Shown piece by piece: positions 40,603 to 54,010 of a stretch of 64,000 nucleotides of DNA. Position numbers and translations under genes: made by a program. The notes under the pieces are model-generated. The model was not told the DNA's origin. It saw only the letters and a program-made list of their open reading frames with translations, and did not search any database. The stretch comes from Hamiltosporidium tvaerminnensis FI-OER-3-3 (lineage: Eukaryota > Fungi > Microsporidia): assembly GCA_022605425.2 (NCBI GenBank), contig JAKIMF020000001.1, forward strand, positions 1,860,001 to 1,924,000. Reading direction: 5' to 3'. Numbering within the stretch: the stretch's first letter is position 1; each line of letters begins with the position of its first letter.

Positions 40603-43600
40603 AAACAAACAATGTTATTCATTCTTTTATAATAAAAATTGTAAACAAGTTTCATGTTTTCTTATCAAATAAACAAATAAAAAAATCAGATTTTAGAAAA
40701 ATTAAACAAAGAATATTTTGATTTTTTTAATGAACTAATATCTAAATTGATTATTTAAGAATTTAATATTACTTTTCATCAATCCCAATAAAAATGTAAA
40801 ATTCAAGAAATAGCTTTTCTTAACCAATAATTTAATAGCAGAATCATGCTAGCTTATATTTTTAGATAAATATTTTAGTTTGAACAACTAATTTCAACGC
40901 TAAAAATGTTTACTTAAATGGTAAAAAGCGGGGAGTATAAAAGGCTTGAAATAAAAAATTTTGTGGTGTAAAAAAATATAAATTTTCATTTAATCTTTTT
41001 GAATTCGAAGCATATTTTATTTTTTTAAGAAATTAAAAAAGACTGATAATCAAATTTTACTAAATGCTTAAGGGAATTCAAAATATACTAAGAAGCCGAA
41101 TTAAAATGAATTGCTTTTCGAAATAGAAAATGCGATATATTAAGCTTCTTGAATTAATTGCTTAAAAGATAATTTATCGATTTAATCCTTAATTTATTAG
41201 ATAAATCATATTAGATTAGGAATTGATATTTCAATTGAAATTTAGTACACTATTTAAAAAAAATGGATGAAGGATTCGAGTGGGTTTTTTCGATCGTTCT
41301 TTTGTGAATTTTGTCGATGAACCTGCAGAGGCGAAAACCTGATTTTAAATATAAATAGATGTATCTCTTGATTAAATAGACTCTATAACATGCGATTCAC
41401 GTATAAACAAGATTTTAGGACGTTAATATACGAAAATAAATTTGATTGCTACAGTGGCGGAAAGAAAACATCATTCTTTTAAAACTAAGGTAAAGAGTAA
41501 AAAAGAGAAATATATCCGCAAATGATATTTTTTGTAACATACAATGCTTTGTTTGAAAAAGTTACGATAAAAAATATTTTGAAGAATATAAACCCACCAA
41601 AGAAAATCTAAATTGGATTTTTTGTATTTAATAGCGGGTTTCCATTAAAAATTGTGGAATGTTTACATAAATTTAACGCCAGTGTCTTTAGTTCATAAAA
41701 TAAATCAAAATACTTTGATTATGCTTGAAATTTTGTATAATTCGAAGGTTATCAATTATTTTATCTTTATGAAGATATTCAATATAGACTTAGTCAACAA
41801 ATAAAATAAATTTGGTGCGGATTTAAAGCGCATGTGTATATGCCTAGAACGGAATTTTTCAAAAATCTTGCCCTGTATTAAGTTTATAAGTTAAAATATA
41901 CATTTTAAGCCCTTAATTTATTTTTAAATTTTGAAATGAATATTGCTCAAAAAAGCGGCAATTATAAATCCTAAATATAAAAATCGAAATAGATATGCAC
42001 GCAAAAAATATTTTTCATCACTAATCATGAAATAGAAACGAAATATGACCCGACGAAGTATGTTTATACATTTAATAGCTCGCTTTTTCTCTACGGATGG
42101 AACAAATTCCAACAATTAACCATAGATTCAACAAGTTAAAGGCGTCCCAGAGACAATTTTTTCTTTTGATAGGTTAGGTTGTCAGCCTCCCAAAAACTTT
42201 TGAACGAAAAGTAAAGAGTGTACCAACCGGGGGGGGGGGGGTGGATCGAACCCGGCCATTCGGAAACGACGAGGTATATAAATATTCTAATCAAGTAATT
42301 TTATAGAAAATTATTTGCTTGAGATACAACCTTTCAAAGTTATTATTCTGCAAAATGATATATATCTGAAACAATCGGGCACTTACAAAGCGAAATTATA
42401 TTGTATTTAAAATCATAATGTACTTTGAACAGCAGGTATAAGGTTTCGACCATTTTTAATTGTTTAATATAAGAGAATTCTAAGTTATCGATATTAAAAC
42501 ACATATATGGGACCAAAACATTCGAAATACTATATAAATTATAGAATAAATTCATTTTTTTTTATAAAAAATACGATTTTAAGTCGAAAAAACGAATTCA
42601 AAACCATATATTTCAAAATATTGTTCAAAGGGAGTATGTGAAAGTGAGAAAATTCTACATGATTAAAAAAGTTCTAAATTTAAAATAATGGAATTTTGAT
42701 TTTTTATGAAAGCCAATATAGTTTATTTACCCCAAAAAAGATTTCAGGGGTCGCTTCGAAAAATAGAAGGAGCCAGAAACCAAAGAATCGCGTACTTGTG
42801 TGCCTTTTTGGATCTTATTTTTGAATATAGTTTACATATGATCTTTTTTTATAAAAAATGAGTAAGAGAATACCAAATCTCTCAAGATTTACCCTGGAAA
42901 TATTCACTGATTTGTAAAGAAAGAAACTTTTACTAATAGACAAAAATGAAAAAGACCTTTAAACAATCTATTTTAATTCACGAAAGAATAGAAAATAAAA
43001 ACAAATACAAATTAAGTCATTAGCCTGGGAAGACCCAGGAGAATCTTGATATAAGCTAAATGATACATACATAAAACATGAATCATTCAATCCATTTCTA
43101 TATAATAGAATATTTCCTAGACTACAATATCTTTCTGGTTTTAAATTTAAGACATAAAACCAAATACAATGTTACGCGAACATTAGTATAGAAGGGTGAA
43201 TTAATTAATGTAGAAGAGTATTTCAGAATTAAAAGAATATACGACTTATTCTAAACTATCATTTATAATTTATGACAATATTTTTTCTATAATTCTAATC
43301 GATTAAAATATATTTTTGATGATTAAATAAAATATCAAAATAATAATCAATGAAACCACGGTAATTAAATAAATAGATTAATTTTAATATATTTGAATAC
43401 AAGAATATTATTTGCAATCCAATCACTGTTCCTCAACGCAAATAGCCATGAGAACTGTGTTGGATTGCATTATAAACCTGCTATTGTGTTCAAAATTAAA
43501 CTCGTGTTTAATTTCTTTGCAAATTATTCAAAAGAATTCAGATGTAGATGAAAAACATTAGATTTATATGTAGAAATTTTTTCAATATGTATTAAATAGT

Positions 43601-46600
43601 AAAGGCCTAAATTTATCGATCTTAAAGCAATATATTCACGGCTTTAGATCAAATGATAAAACCCAGAATTAATTTTTCTTTGGTAGAGATTATTTGGTGA
43701 ATTTTGGGTGTCTATAATTATTTTATAACTTAAAACATTTTTAATATATTTTTTAATATCTTCAATTGAATTAAAACGAAATAAAAAAAAATATTTTAAA
43801 AAAAATGTTTGCAGCTTGATTTTTCCTTTAAATTATGCTTACATGATTACATACTTTAAATTTCTAGTTTTATTTACTGTGTTGTCTTTTAACATATAGT
43901 CTTCATGGGACTTGGCTCTTCTCATAGAATTGGTGTATGTTTTTTTTCCTATCCTATAACAAATTTTCGTTTTAAATCTCTCTATTGTTTTATTGAAAAA
44001 AATATTTTGATTTTTTATTTCAGATAACCTACCAAATCTCTATTTAAAAATATCATGCTTTTAAAAAAAACGAAGGCAAGATTTATATTGTTTTCATGAC
44101 ATTAACGCAGTTCTAAGTTTAAAATATATAACTGATCCCTCATAGATCTATCAGTACCTTCTAAGATACGTAAATTTCAAAGCATTTAATCTAAAAGGTG
44201 CGTAGAACCCAAAAAATGAGATGGCTGTTGCCCGAAGTTCTTTAATGTTCGTTGCATGGTGTGTTATCGTACGTCAAAACCCATTCACATCTCTGAGACT
44301 ATGCAGCATTCCAATTTACTGTACATTTCCCGGATCCAATTAACTTCTATCTAAGATATATCTTGCAGATTTGCATAAGGTTCACTTAGGTAGTGCAATG
44401 TCATAGCAACAGGTATAACTGACAATTAAGCTTTTTCGGCTTTAAAGGGTTTTGTTTTTATATCTTCCAGGCGCAAATTCTTCTAACCCGAATGAGCAAG
44501 GCTAGGTTTCCAAGATTTTACATGGTAATCACCCACAAGTTCAGCCACAGCCTTAGATTTAGTTAAGTAAAAAAATGCAAATAAATTTTAAGGAAAAGTT
44601 TCGCCATTTCGTAGACCTCTCCTTCCTCATCCAAACTCTAATGGAACAACCGAAAATGTAGTGTAGTTTTATTTCCAAAAAAATCCAAACAATAATCTTC
44701 ACACCTATTTCACATATTCATTACCGGGCAGATGGTTTTTTATGGGGTTATCTTCTCTCAACTTTTACTTACCAAATATGTATTATTATATTATTACTTA
44801 AATATTTAGAATAAAGCTTTGCTATTTTTAAACAACATAGTATTACGTTATAAAACAATTAATTATGCTAAAATCATACCTATAAATAATCCAAATTGAT
44901 TTAAAAAGCTGCATCTTAGGTTTACTATTCAAACTTTTAAAATAAGTCTTTGAAACTGATTGTAGCTTAAATTGTTCTCATGTTTACATGCTAATCTGAA
45001 ATAAATATATCGGGTCTATCGTTCTAACCTTTGGAAATTTTTTAATCCTGGTGTTACTCTTGTTTTTTCACTTTATTTAAATTTAAAATTCCTAATTTGT
45101 TTAAAAGAATAAAATATATTGTTTTAGCGAAACCAGAGGCGTTGATAGAATCATACGTTGTAAAGCCTAATATTATTGTATCAATGTAGTTCTTTTTGCG
45201 TGTAGTCTAAAATCCTACTAATTTTAGAGCTCGCTAATTTGAAATTTCCTTCATCAATCGCTAATAGATTTATATCTCGATATAATTAACAAAGGTGTTG
45301 GAGTGGCCATATATTTCATTTCTTAAATCATTAGAAATCACTAAAAAAAGGTTCATAATTTGAATCTTTTGAGCTTGGCTGTTATTAATAATTTTTTTAT
45401 TTCGTCAGATACGTTTTGTAATTTATATTTTTAACTTTTCATTTAAACTTATGTTTTTATCCGAAATTTATTTGGATTTGCTTCTCATTTATCAAAAAAA
45501 AATATTATGATTATTTTACATTCCTAATTCCTCTTATTTGCTTTATATTTTTTTATTGATCCTGATACTAATAATTTTTAAGGCGATGTTCGTTTGTAAG
45601 ACAGCATAGCCAGTTTCTTGCAATTCATATCAGCCAGAAGGATGAAACCACCGTTCCGGTGAATATGTATCATATTTCATTTCGATATAAAACAAACCAA
45701 GTTAAATACTAGTTTGAATGATTTTTTTCTATTATATAGATAAATCAAAGAACTTAATATTCTAAAAAGGATAAAATATTTTTTGCATTTAATTTACACT
45801 TATTTTATATCTAAACTTTTAATTAATCTTCGCTTTAACTTCTTACAATAAGTTATAGTCTAATATCGGGCACACGTTGTCAATTATTTATCGGTATTTT
45901 TAATTATATACATTTTCTAGAAGATATTGGTTTTAGACAAAAGTAATATTTGTTATTAGTATTTAAATTTTCATTTTGAAAAAAATCATCAAATATGCAG
46001 TTATTGAAAATCTATTTCTAAATGAATTCAAGTTCATCAAATTAAAGGCGAGGCTTTGTAATGAGATATTCATATAGGCATGGAATATCATTTTCATATA
46101 TTCTGTCTAGTTTTTACCTCGAGAGCTACATAGGGAACACTTACAAAAAAAGCTAACAGCCTTAAAAATTCACTATCCATTCTTTTTTAAATAACGTTCT
46201 AAATTTCAATGGAAATATCAATTCCTAATCTAATATGATTTATCTAATATATTAAGGATTAAATCGATAAATTATCCTTTAAACAATTAATTCAAGCAGC
46301 TTAATATATCGCATTTTCTATTTCTTAAAGCAATTCATTTTCATTCGGCTTCTTAGTACATTTTGAATTCCCTTAAGCATTTAATAAAATTTGATTATCA
46401 GTCTCTTTTAATTTCTTAAAAAAAAATAAATTATGCTTCGAATTCAAAAAGATTAAATGAAAATTTATATTTTTTTACAGCACAAATTTTTTTATTTCAA
46501 GTCTGTTATACTCTAGATTTTTTACCATTTAAGTAAACATTTTTAGCGCTGAAATTAGTTGTTCAAACTAAAATATTTATCGAAAAATATAAGCTACCAT

Positions 46601-46841
46601 AATTCTAGTTTAAACTGTTAGTTAAGAAAAGCTATTTCTTGATTTAATTATTTTAATTAGAATTACTCAAAAGTAATATTAAACTCTTAAATAATCAATT
46701 CAGATATTATTTAAATAAACTAATCAAAATATTCTTTGTTTAATTTTTCTAAAATCTGATTTTTGATTTGTTTATTTGATAAGGAAACATGAAACTTGTT
46801 TACAATTTTTATTATAAAAGAATGAATAACATTGTTTGTTT

Positions 46842-47198
46842 ATGAAAACATTATCTGTCATCTTTTTCTTCATACTCGCTCAAGTCATCTTAGAAATATA
46901 TTATGACTCACATCTTCACTTTATAACAATGAGATCATCTTGTAATCAGGTGATATATTACTTCCATAGTTCCTTCTATCTTACCTTATATATTGTAGAA
47001 GTATTTTTGGTTATAAATGCTTTGGTTTCAACATTACAATACTTCTTTATAGATACAAAGAAAATGCCAATGAATGCATTTGAGCAATATTGGGTTTTAA
47101 TCATCGAAGTATATATTGAAATGTTTAAATATCCAGAAAAATTTACTTGCTTAAAAATCATATTAGAACATAATGAAGAATCTGAGCTTAAAATATAA
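46842..47198 (+). CDS. 118-aa small protein family, copy B7 (right arm of cassette 2)
   Basis: Intact; B2-like LAQ and IIEV with B3-like FTCLKII. Confidence 0.45.
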   Translation: MKTLSVIFFFILAQVILEIYYDSHLHFITMRSSCNQVIYYFHSSFYLTLYIVEVFLVINALVSTLQYFFIDTKKMPMNAFEQYWVLIIEVYIEMFKYPEKFTCLKIILEHNEESELKI

Positions 47199-48479
47199 GT
47201 TTTGGGGCTGGACAACCCCGCAAAAACTGTCCCTGTTAGCAAATTATATTTTATGAAAGAGACGGGTTAATTGTTGAATTTATGAGAAATACATAGAATA
47301 AATAAAAAGTTCAAAAAAATCGTTTATATTTTATATTTTTTTTCTAAAATACTTTACAAATTTACGCCTTTAAGTTTTGATAATAAAAGCTTTTTATTTG
47401 GGTATTGTTTTTGAGTTTTTCTATGTGATTTGTAAAATAGGATTACGATGTGCATATGTTTCTATTTAAAACTTAAATTCAAATAATAAAATCTAGATTG
47501 TATGATATATAAACGTTTTCTAATTTTTTTAGTAAAAACATAATTTATCAATATTTGGTTCCTTGAAACGAAATTACGAAGCCCTTGGTGAAATGACCAT
47601 ATCCAAAGTAAAATTGGATTTAATTTCTCTTAATATTTTAACGATTTTATTGGTATTTAGAGAATGATAAAAATTCGGATAGTTAATTGGATCAAAAAAA
47701 TCACTTTACGTATGAAACAAATACAAGTAGCGAAAAAGCAAATGAAATTGTATAAAACAAAATCAAATTCTGAAGTTAAGAATATTTTTAAATTATTTAG
47801 CCAAAAATATAAGCACCGAGACCACGCTAGAATTTATTGTTTAGAAATTGAAGGATGATCGAAGAATATAAGAGAATTTTTAAATGTTATATTTATAAGA
47901 AATCAATTGAGATTCTTATAATCTCTTGCGAAAATAACTATTTTGTGACTAACTCGGATAAGAGAAAAAAAATCGGTGTTCTTGTAATTTTATATGATAA
48001 CAACGAAATGATATTGCTTATTTACTACATATTTTTGCATGTTCTTTTATACCTCTTTTATATCAAGGTATATTAACTAAAAGATTTTGTTATGAGATTT
48101 TTATTAAACGATGTTAAAATAGAGGGGTGATTCTAACGGGGGTTGCTATAGAGAGTACTACAGTAAAAGTATGGTATTAAATGAATATTTAGGTTAGCAG
48201 GTTGTTAAAGATGGTATAGTAAGTTAAAAATTGTTATTAGAGCGTATCATATCTTAAATGGGTTTTGTTAAATATAATAGGATTAAAGGTGTCCTGTTTG
48301 TTTTTTATATTCATTCTTGCTCTTTTTATCGAATTTTTTATAAAATCGGGCAACATTTTTAGGATGGTCATGCGAAACATTCATTTTTAACGTTATCATT
48401 GTATTTGCAAACCAATGAGAGAACAATATGTAATATCACTAAAAATTATGGAATATGCAAATTTGCCTAAATACGAACT

Positions 48480-50030
48480 GATTAATAAAACGAATGTATG
48501 AGGATGTCGTAACCTTTCTCAAGGCATCCAGTAAAAGGTATCTTTGATAGAGGCAGGCTCTATCATTTGAATAAAAGGGTTTGTTAACCCGTGTATATAA
48601 AGATTTTTTTTGATTAACGAAAGATTTATTTAAATTATTATTCCACTTCTTCGTTTTCCTTTCTTCCACCATTGAGGTTTTAAAAAAATATAATTTTATA
48701 TTTATAAGGTATTCAATAACCCATAATTAGATAGTAGAATACTACAAAGAGACACACAAAAAAGGACCGGAAGCACTTTATCGTACACTAAAAAATGCGA
48801 GAGGGGATTTACAGGCCTTCTTAAGAGCTCTAATTTTACCGTCTAGTGATTTTCATCAAACTCTATTAATTATTCCTTGTCTCACACCGATCGATGAACC
48901 AAACATATGTCTAAAATCATCAATATTAAAGAGAAATGCAAAGAAATTAATTAAAAAAAAACTTACGTGTTAAAAAAACAAAATGATACATTCACTGCAC
49001 TTTTCGGAAAAAAAATAATAGATATAGAGAATTCGAAGTAATACGTTTACGTATTTACACAATAAATTGCATTTCCAGAAAACTATTATAAGATGACATC
49101 AACTAAAGATCAATGAATCAAAACATTCTTCGAGATATCACGATAAAGTTTAAAATCATCCGTGGATCAGTACACGTGCTATATTAACCACTAGCAACAA
49201 ACATTTAAATGAATTAAATTTAAAAATGCAAATTAGAAGACCGGGCGAAATTACAACATATAAGTTCATCGATAAAATTATAAATAAAGAAGACTTTGTT
49301 TAGATTCTACATAACTCTTAATTCACTGATTTTTTGGGTATTATTCACATGTTTTACAATACAAAAGCGAAGCGCCTATCATTCTTCTCCGATAATTTAA
49401 TTTATTTGTTCTTTATACCGATAAAAGACTTTCGGTAAAAAAACTTATCAAGAATAGCATAAAAGTTACAATATGATATGAGAAATAAAAAGATAAGATG
49501 TAAAGTAGCCGCATTTACATTTTTCAACATATATGTCATTAGAATTAAACCTTTTAAAACCTTATGTGTGACTCATCTTTGCAAAGATAGTAAGCAAATA
49601 ATGATGTCGAACGCTGCAATTGCGTAGAATAGATCCATATAACGCGGAATTCGCATATGAAAAACTTTGTAGGTCATTTCAAGAGTGGGTCAATCTTCCG
49701 ATCTATCCGCATACACGCCAGAAGAAAGAACGAAAAATAGTGTTTATCTGAAAGAGCGTCAAAATAAATTAATAAAAAGTATTGCAAAAAATTTGAATTT
49801 ATTTTGTAATTTTATTATATTATAAAATACCTTCTCATATGATCACAGAAACGCGCGGTCAGCAAACCAGTTCATTATTCTTTACAAATACAATTGCACA
49901 TACACACCTCTAAGAAAAGAGGTTAAAAAATTAAAAGCAAAAATCATTAGACTTAAACCTGTAAATGAGCTGTCGAAATTGAAACAATGACATTAGAATT
50001 TACCGAATGAGTTATATATAAAGAAAGAAT
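48480..50030 (+). pseudogene. Decayed unidentified gene in the 3.67-kb unit (minus-strand copies ~5470-7020, ~32170-33715, ~35830-37380)
   Basis: Protein-like fragments between stops, e.g. RRIDPYNAEFAYEKLCRSFQEWVNLP and SAYTPEERTKNSVYLKERQNKLIKSI; same orientation as the small ORF. Confidence 0.3.
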
Positions 50031-50228
50031 GAAACAAGATTTATATAGCCAAAATATTGCAATTTAAACCAATTTTCTTTAGATACCTCTATGCAATAAA
50101 AAAATATTAAGTGGAATTTTTTACTACTTGTTTTAATTTTGAATAGATATCCTTAATAAAAATATAAGACATTTTTTAATCCAAAAGACGAAATAAATAT
50201 TTTTATAATATTTTCAAACCTGTTTTAT

Positions 50229-53200
50229 TTATTTAATAAAATTCTGGGTTAAAATATTTTTAGCATTTTTTACATGTTTTCTTCTACCTCTTTAACCACT
50301 ATTGTCTCTTCTTCCAAATCCGACTCTTTATTTATGTTATTGGTCGGTTCCTCTAAAGTGGTTCCTCCTTGTGAAATAAAGGGTGCTTTATTTTTTAGTT
50401 TAAAATTTTTTGCACCATCTTCCTCTCTCTTCTCTTCTTTTAAAGGGGGTGTTGGTTCCTCATGCATCTCTGCTCTCATAATAACACCAATTGACACTTT
50501 CTCCCAGCTCTCTTCGGCATTTAGTCCTGACTCAAGTCCTCTTCGTGGATCAAAGGAAATTGTTTCGACTGTCTTCTTAAGTACTATAGACTGAATGTAT
50601 GCCTCTACATTCATGGGTATTTCTAGTCTTTTAAGGTGTGATTTATGGTATTTTGTCACAATACCGTTCCAGGTCATCACATAGGGGAATATCTCAACAT
50701 TACACTTATAAATAAGACCCAACTCATTGGCCAGCAGGTCATACTTCCTAAGTTTTTCAGTTTCAACTATTTGAAGTGAATCTTGGGAAATGATTCCTAC
50801 TTCAATGAGTGTTATCTTATTCTTCTTCTTATCTAAAATAAATATGTCCGGTCTGTTATTCTGAATTTTAACATCAGTTTTAATTCTGGTGTCCACTCTT
50901 ATCTCTGCATACTCATTATCAAGAATTTCTTGAACTGAGTGACTCCTCATTCGTTTTGAAGACTTTAACTTATATCTATTTAGAAGGAGAAGGTGTAGGC
51001 ATCTAACCACTTCATTATGTCATCTAGTGTAATCATGGCCTAGCATTTTTTCACATCGAGTTTCTAGATGATCTACAGTCTTACCAGATTTATTGCAGTT
51101 TTGGCACATACCATCTGCTCCCCAGAATACATTTCTATCCTGGATATAACAGAACACTGCTTCATTTCGTGGCCTAATATTCCCTTTCTTTAGCCATCTT
51201 GAAGAGTCACTAACACTCACAAGCTCATTTTTTCTTGCATTATATAACTTTGAATGGAGTTTTCGTTTTTCTATTTCGTTATATAGTTTTGCAAGTTGAG
51301 CTTCTTCTAAACTTTTGTTAGTGACTTCTTCTACCAACCTGTACTTTACTTTTAAGAAGCCTTTTATTAGTGCAAGAAGGGTTTTATTATTATTCTCCAC
51401 CTTGAGGATTGCTGCTCGTCTAGTTGATATTTCTTTACTTTTTTCTAGACGATCCAAGAACTTCAGAAGCATATGTTCGCTTCGCAACTCAACACTGTTT
51501 AGGCCTCTTCCAAGTTCTGTTCTAGGAAGATACAAACGCTCTTTACACCCTGGGCGGAGATGTATCTTATTCTTCACCAACACCGCACGCACTGCATCAT
51601 CCAACTTTGAGAAATCAACCGGTTCAAGTCGAAGTACTTCTATGTGATAGTTGATTAACGATATCGCATGTTGATTGATTGCAGAAAATAAATTTTTTGC
51701 ATTTAATCTAGTGTGACAAAGTCTTTGAACTCTTGCTATCAGTTTGCTCTGTACTTCTTCAAATGAGCAACGTGTTGGGATTCCTCTGCTATCTTCTATT
51801 ATTCCTAAATATTTGTAAACATTAACACCTTCTAGAAGGGTAGCAGTATCTTCACAACACGTATCATTTGTGGCTGACTTCTCTTTGTTAATCTCTAAGC
51901 CAATCACCTCTAAAAATTCCTTTGCCTCGCCTGTCATAGCACTCAATGTGGAGCTGTCTTTTGCAAGGAGCTTAAGATCATCAATAAAAAAGAGATGATT
52001 AGTAGAATGAGATTCTGCGTCTGTTTGTACTGTCACTTTTGTGTATTTTTCATTAAGCTTTCGGCTTAATGGATCCATACACAACACAAATAACAAAGGT
52101 GACAGACTATCTCCTTGTAGAATCCCTCTATCAATCTTCTTGCTCATGATTTTTTCATCCCTACTGAAATTTCAATTTTCCATTTTGATATAATTACCTT
52201 AATAAATTTCAGGATCAAATCAGGTAAATTAAGGTTTTCAATGCATTGAGTTAAATAAGCATGATCTATTGAGTCATAAGCTTTTTTAACATCAATCCAT
52301 GTTGCCTTAAGATTGTTTCCGTACTCTTTATTTAAGGCAATATTCATTAGAGCCTGCTCTTTCGCTCCCTGCACACCTCTAACTACTCCCAACTGGTTCT
52401 CTGCAAGCAACCCTCGTTTTTCCACTTCAAGTTGAACGACTTTCGTTACACACTTACTCGTTAACTTGTAGAGGTTGGACATAACAGTGATTGGCCTGTA
52501 GTCAGAGCCTCTTCGTGGAGTTTCTTTCGGTATCAAATAGGTAAGCCCGCAGTAAAACCAATCAGCTTGAGTTGTTCCTTCTAAACATATAACTTTCACA
52601 ATATAATAAAGATATTTGTGTAGAGTTGTAAGTTTCTGAATGAAAAAATTGTAAATACAATTAATTCCAGCAGCTTTCCAATTAGGGAGCCAATTAATGA
52701 TATTTACAAATTCATCAAGTGAAGGAAACGTGGTCGGATGATTATCTGACACAAATAGAATCAAATAATCATCATACGTGACTGTGTCATCATTTTTGTT
52801 CAACATTGTAGACCAAAAACTCACAATTTCATCACGACTAACCACATGCTCGGATTCCACACGCTCAGATAACCCACGATAAAATCGACCTCTGAAAAGC
52901 TCAAACATACGATTCTCTTTTCGGAATTGCTTCCTACTTTTATACATCGTAATTTTTTTCTCGTAAACATTCAAAGACTCATTCTTCTTAACTAAAGCCT
53001 CAGAAAGATCAGTTACACTGCTCAAGTTTAAATTAAATTCTCGCATGATTTTCTTAAGGCTCTTCGTTTCCGAAGTGGAGAGCTTTCCTGCTTACGAGCC
53101 TTATATAGAAGATCTTTGGAAAGTACTAACTTAGAAATTTTACTTTCTATATTTTACTTCCAAGCGGATCTAGGCTTTTCTTTGCGTGTTGCCTCGTCAT

Positions 53201-54010
53201 AGCATACCTTGGCTGCATGGACTATCCGTGCCACTGCAGTTATCGTCATCGGCACACAAGAATCAGCATACTTACCGATAATTCGATTAATAAGGTCCAG
53301 AAATTTATTGTCAACCAATTCACTTGGAAGCTTTCGAGTTCGGACCACCACTTTTCCAATTTCCTTCTCCGAGATTTCTTTGATTTTACTCAAAAATTTA
53401 TCTTTCAGGTTTATGTACTCCGTGGTGTCAGTCAGGGTGCATGGCTCAGTGAGACAAGTGGCAATTCTACGTCGCTCTCCATTCTCTTCTTGCCTTATTT
53501 CCATTTCTGCCTCATTTTGCGCGAGTTTTTTAAACGCATCGATATCTAGTGTGCAGCTAAATTTCTCATTATAGTACCTCAGAGTAGCGGGCCAGCCATT
53601 TCTGCGAATTCTCTCAAACCTCTTTTGCACTGCTAGAATAGCAGATCTAGGCCATTCCTGCTCTACGACTGTGACAGAGTCAAGTATTGAGTGCAATACC
53701 ATCAGTCGATTCCCTTCTAGAATAGCATCTGTATTGAGGTTTGTCATGCTGTTGGCTGGTCCAAACGCAGTGGCATCGGTACCAGAAGACGAGGGTATGG
53801 TGTCAACCAAGCAGACTGGACTAGTCTGGCAACTACTGCTTTGTGGTTGGTGGGTGGTGTCATGGAAGGTCGGTGGAGGTGGAAGTCTCTCGGATAACAT
53901 TGCTACATCTACATCAAAATCTCTCCTGCGCTGTTCTCCAAGTTGTTTACAGCCTTTATTTTTTCATTTTTTATATTTTCGCTGTCTACTTTTTTCTTTC
54001 TACCCATTAC
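50229..54010 (-). mobile_element. Non-LTR retrotransposon, single-ORF RT + restriction-like endonuclease, R4/Dong-like; near full length but disrupted
   Basis: RT motifs YRPIT, WIDVKKAYDS, GILQGDSLSPLLF, HLFFIDDLKL, YKYLG and RLYLPR..GRGL. Zinc knuckle CQNC..DHLETRC. RLE motif RPD..IEVG..EKLRKY. Probable start MGRKKK at 54007. Nonsense codons at 53154 and 51020, frameshifts near 53915, 53088 and 52158. 3' end reads ATTAAATAAAT. Confidence 0.92.

Larger units (their letters stand above)
31195..40750. repeat. Tandem array of a ~3.67-kb unit (small-ORF module plus decayed flanking segments)
   Basis: ORF stop spacing: 31330 to 34997 is 3667 bp; 34997 to 40246 is 5249 bp with the 1.58-kb Tc1. Confidence 0.85.
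35625..50228. repeat. Cassette 2: large spaced palindrome, arms 35625-41269 (with Tc1) and 46176-50228 (without), spacer 41270-46175 inverted relative to cassette 1
   Basis: 41.27-46.18 kb is the reverse complement of 10.95-15.85 kb; arms match each other apart from the Tc1 insertion. Confidence 0.9.

Noticed and set aside
51011-53156. Programmed readthrough or frameshifting in the LINE (including the ATGA overlap at 52144-52147)
   Set aside because: The stops correspond to Arg (TRRHN) and Glu (WKEN in the relative) codons, and the shifts are 1-bp losses; simple decay or sequencing error is more parsimonious.
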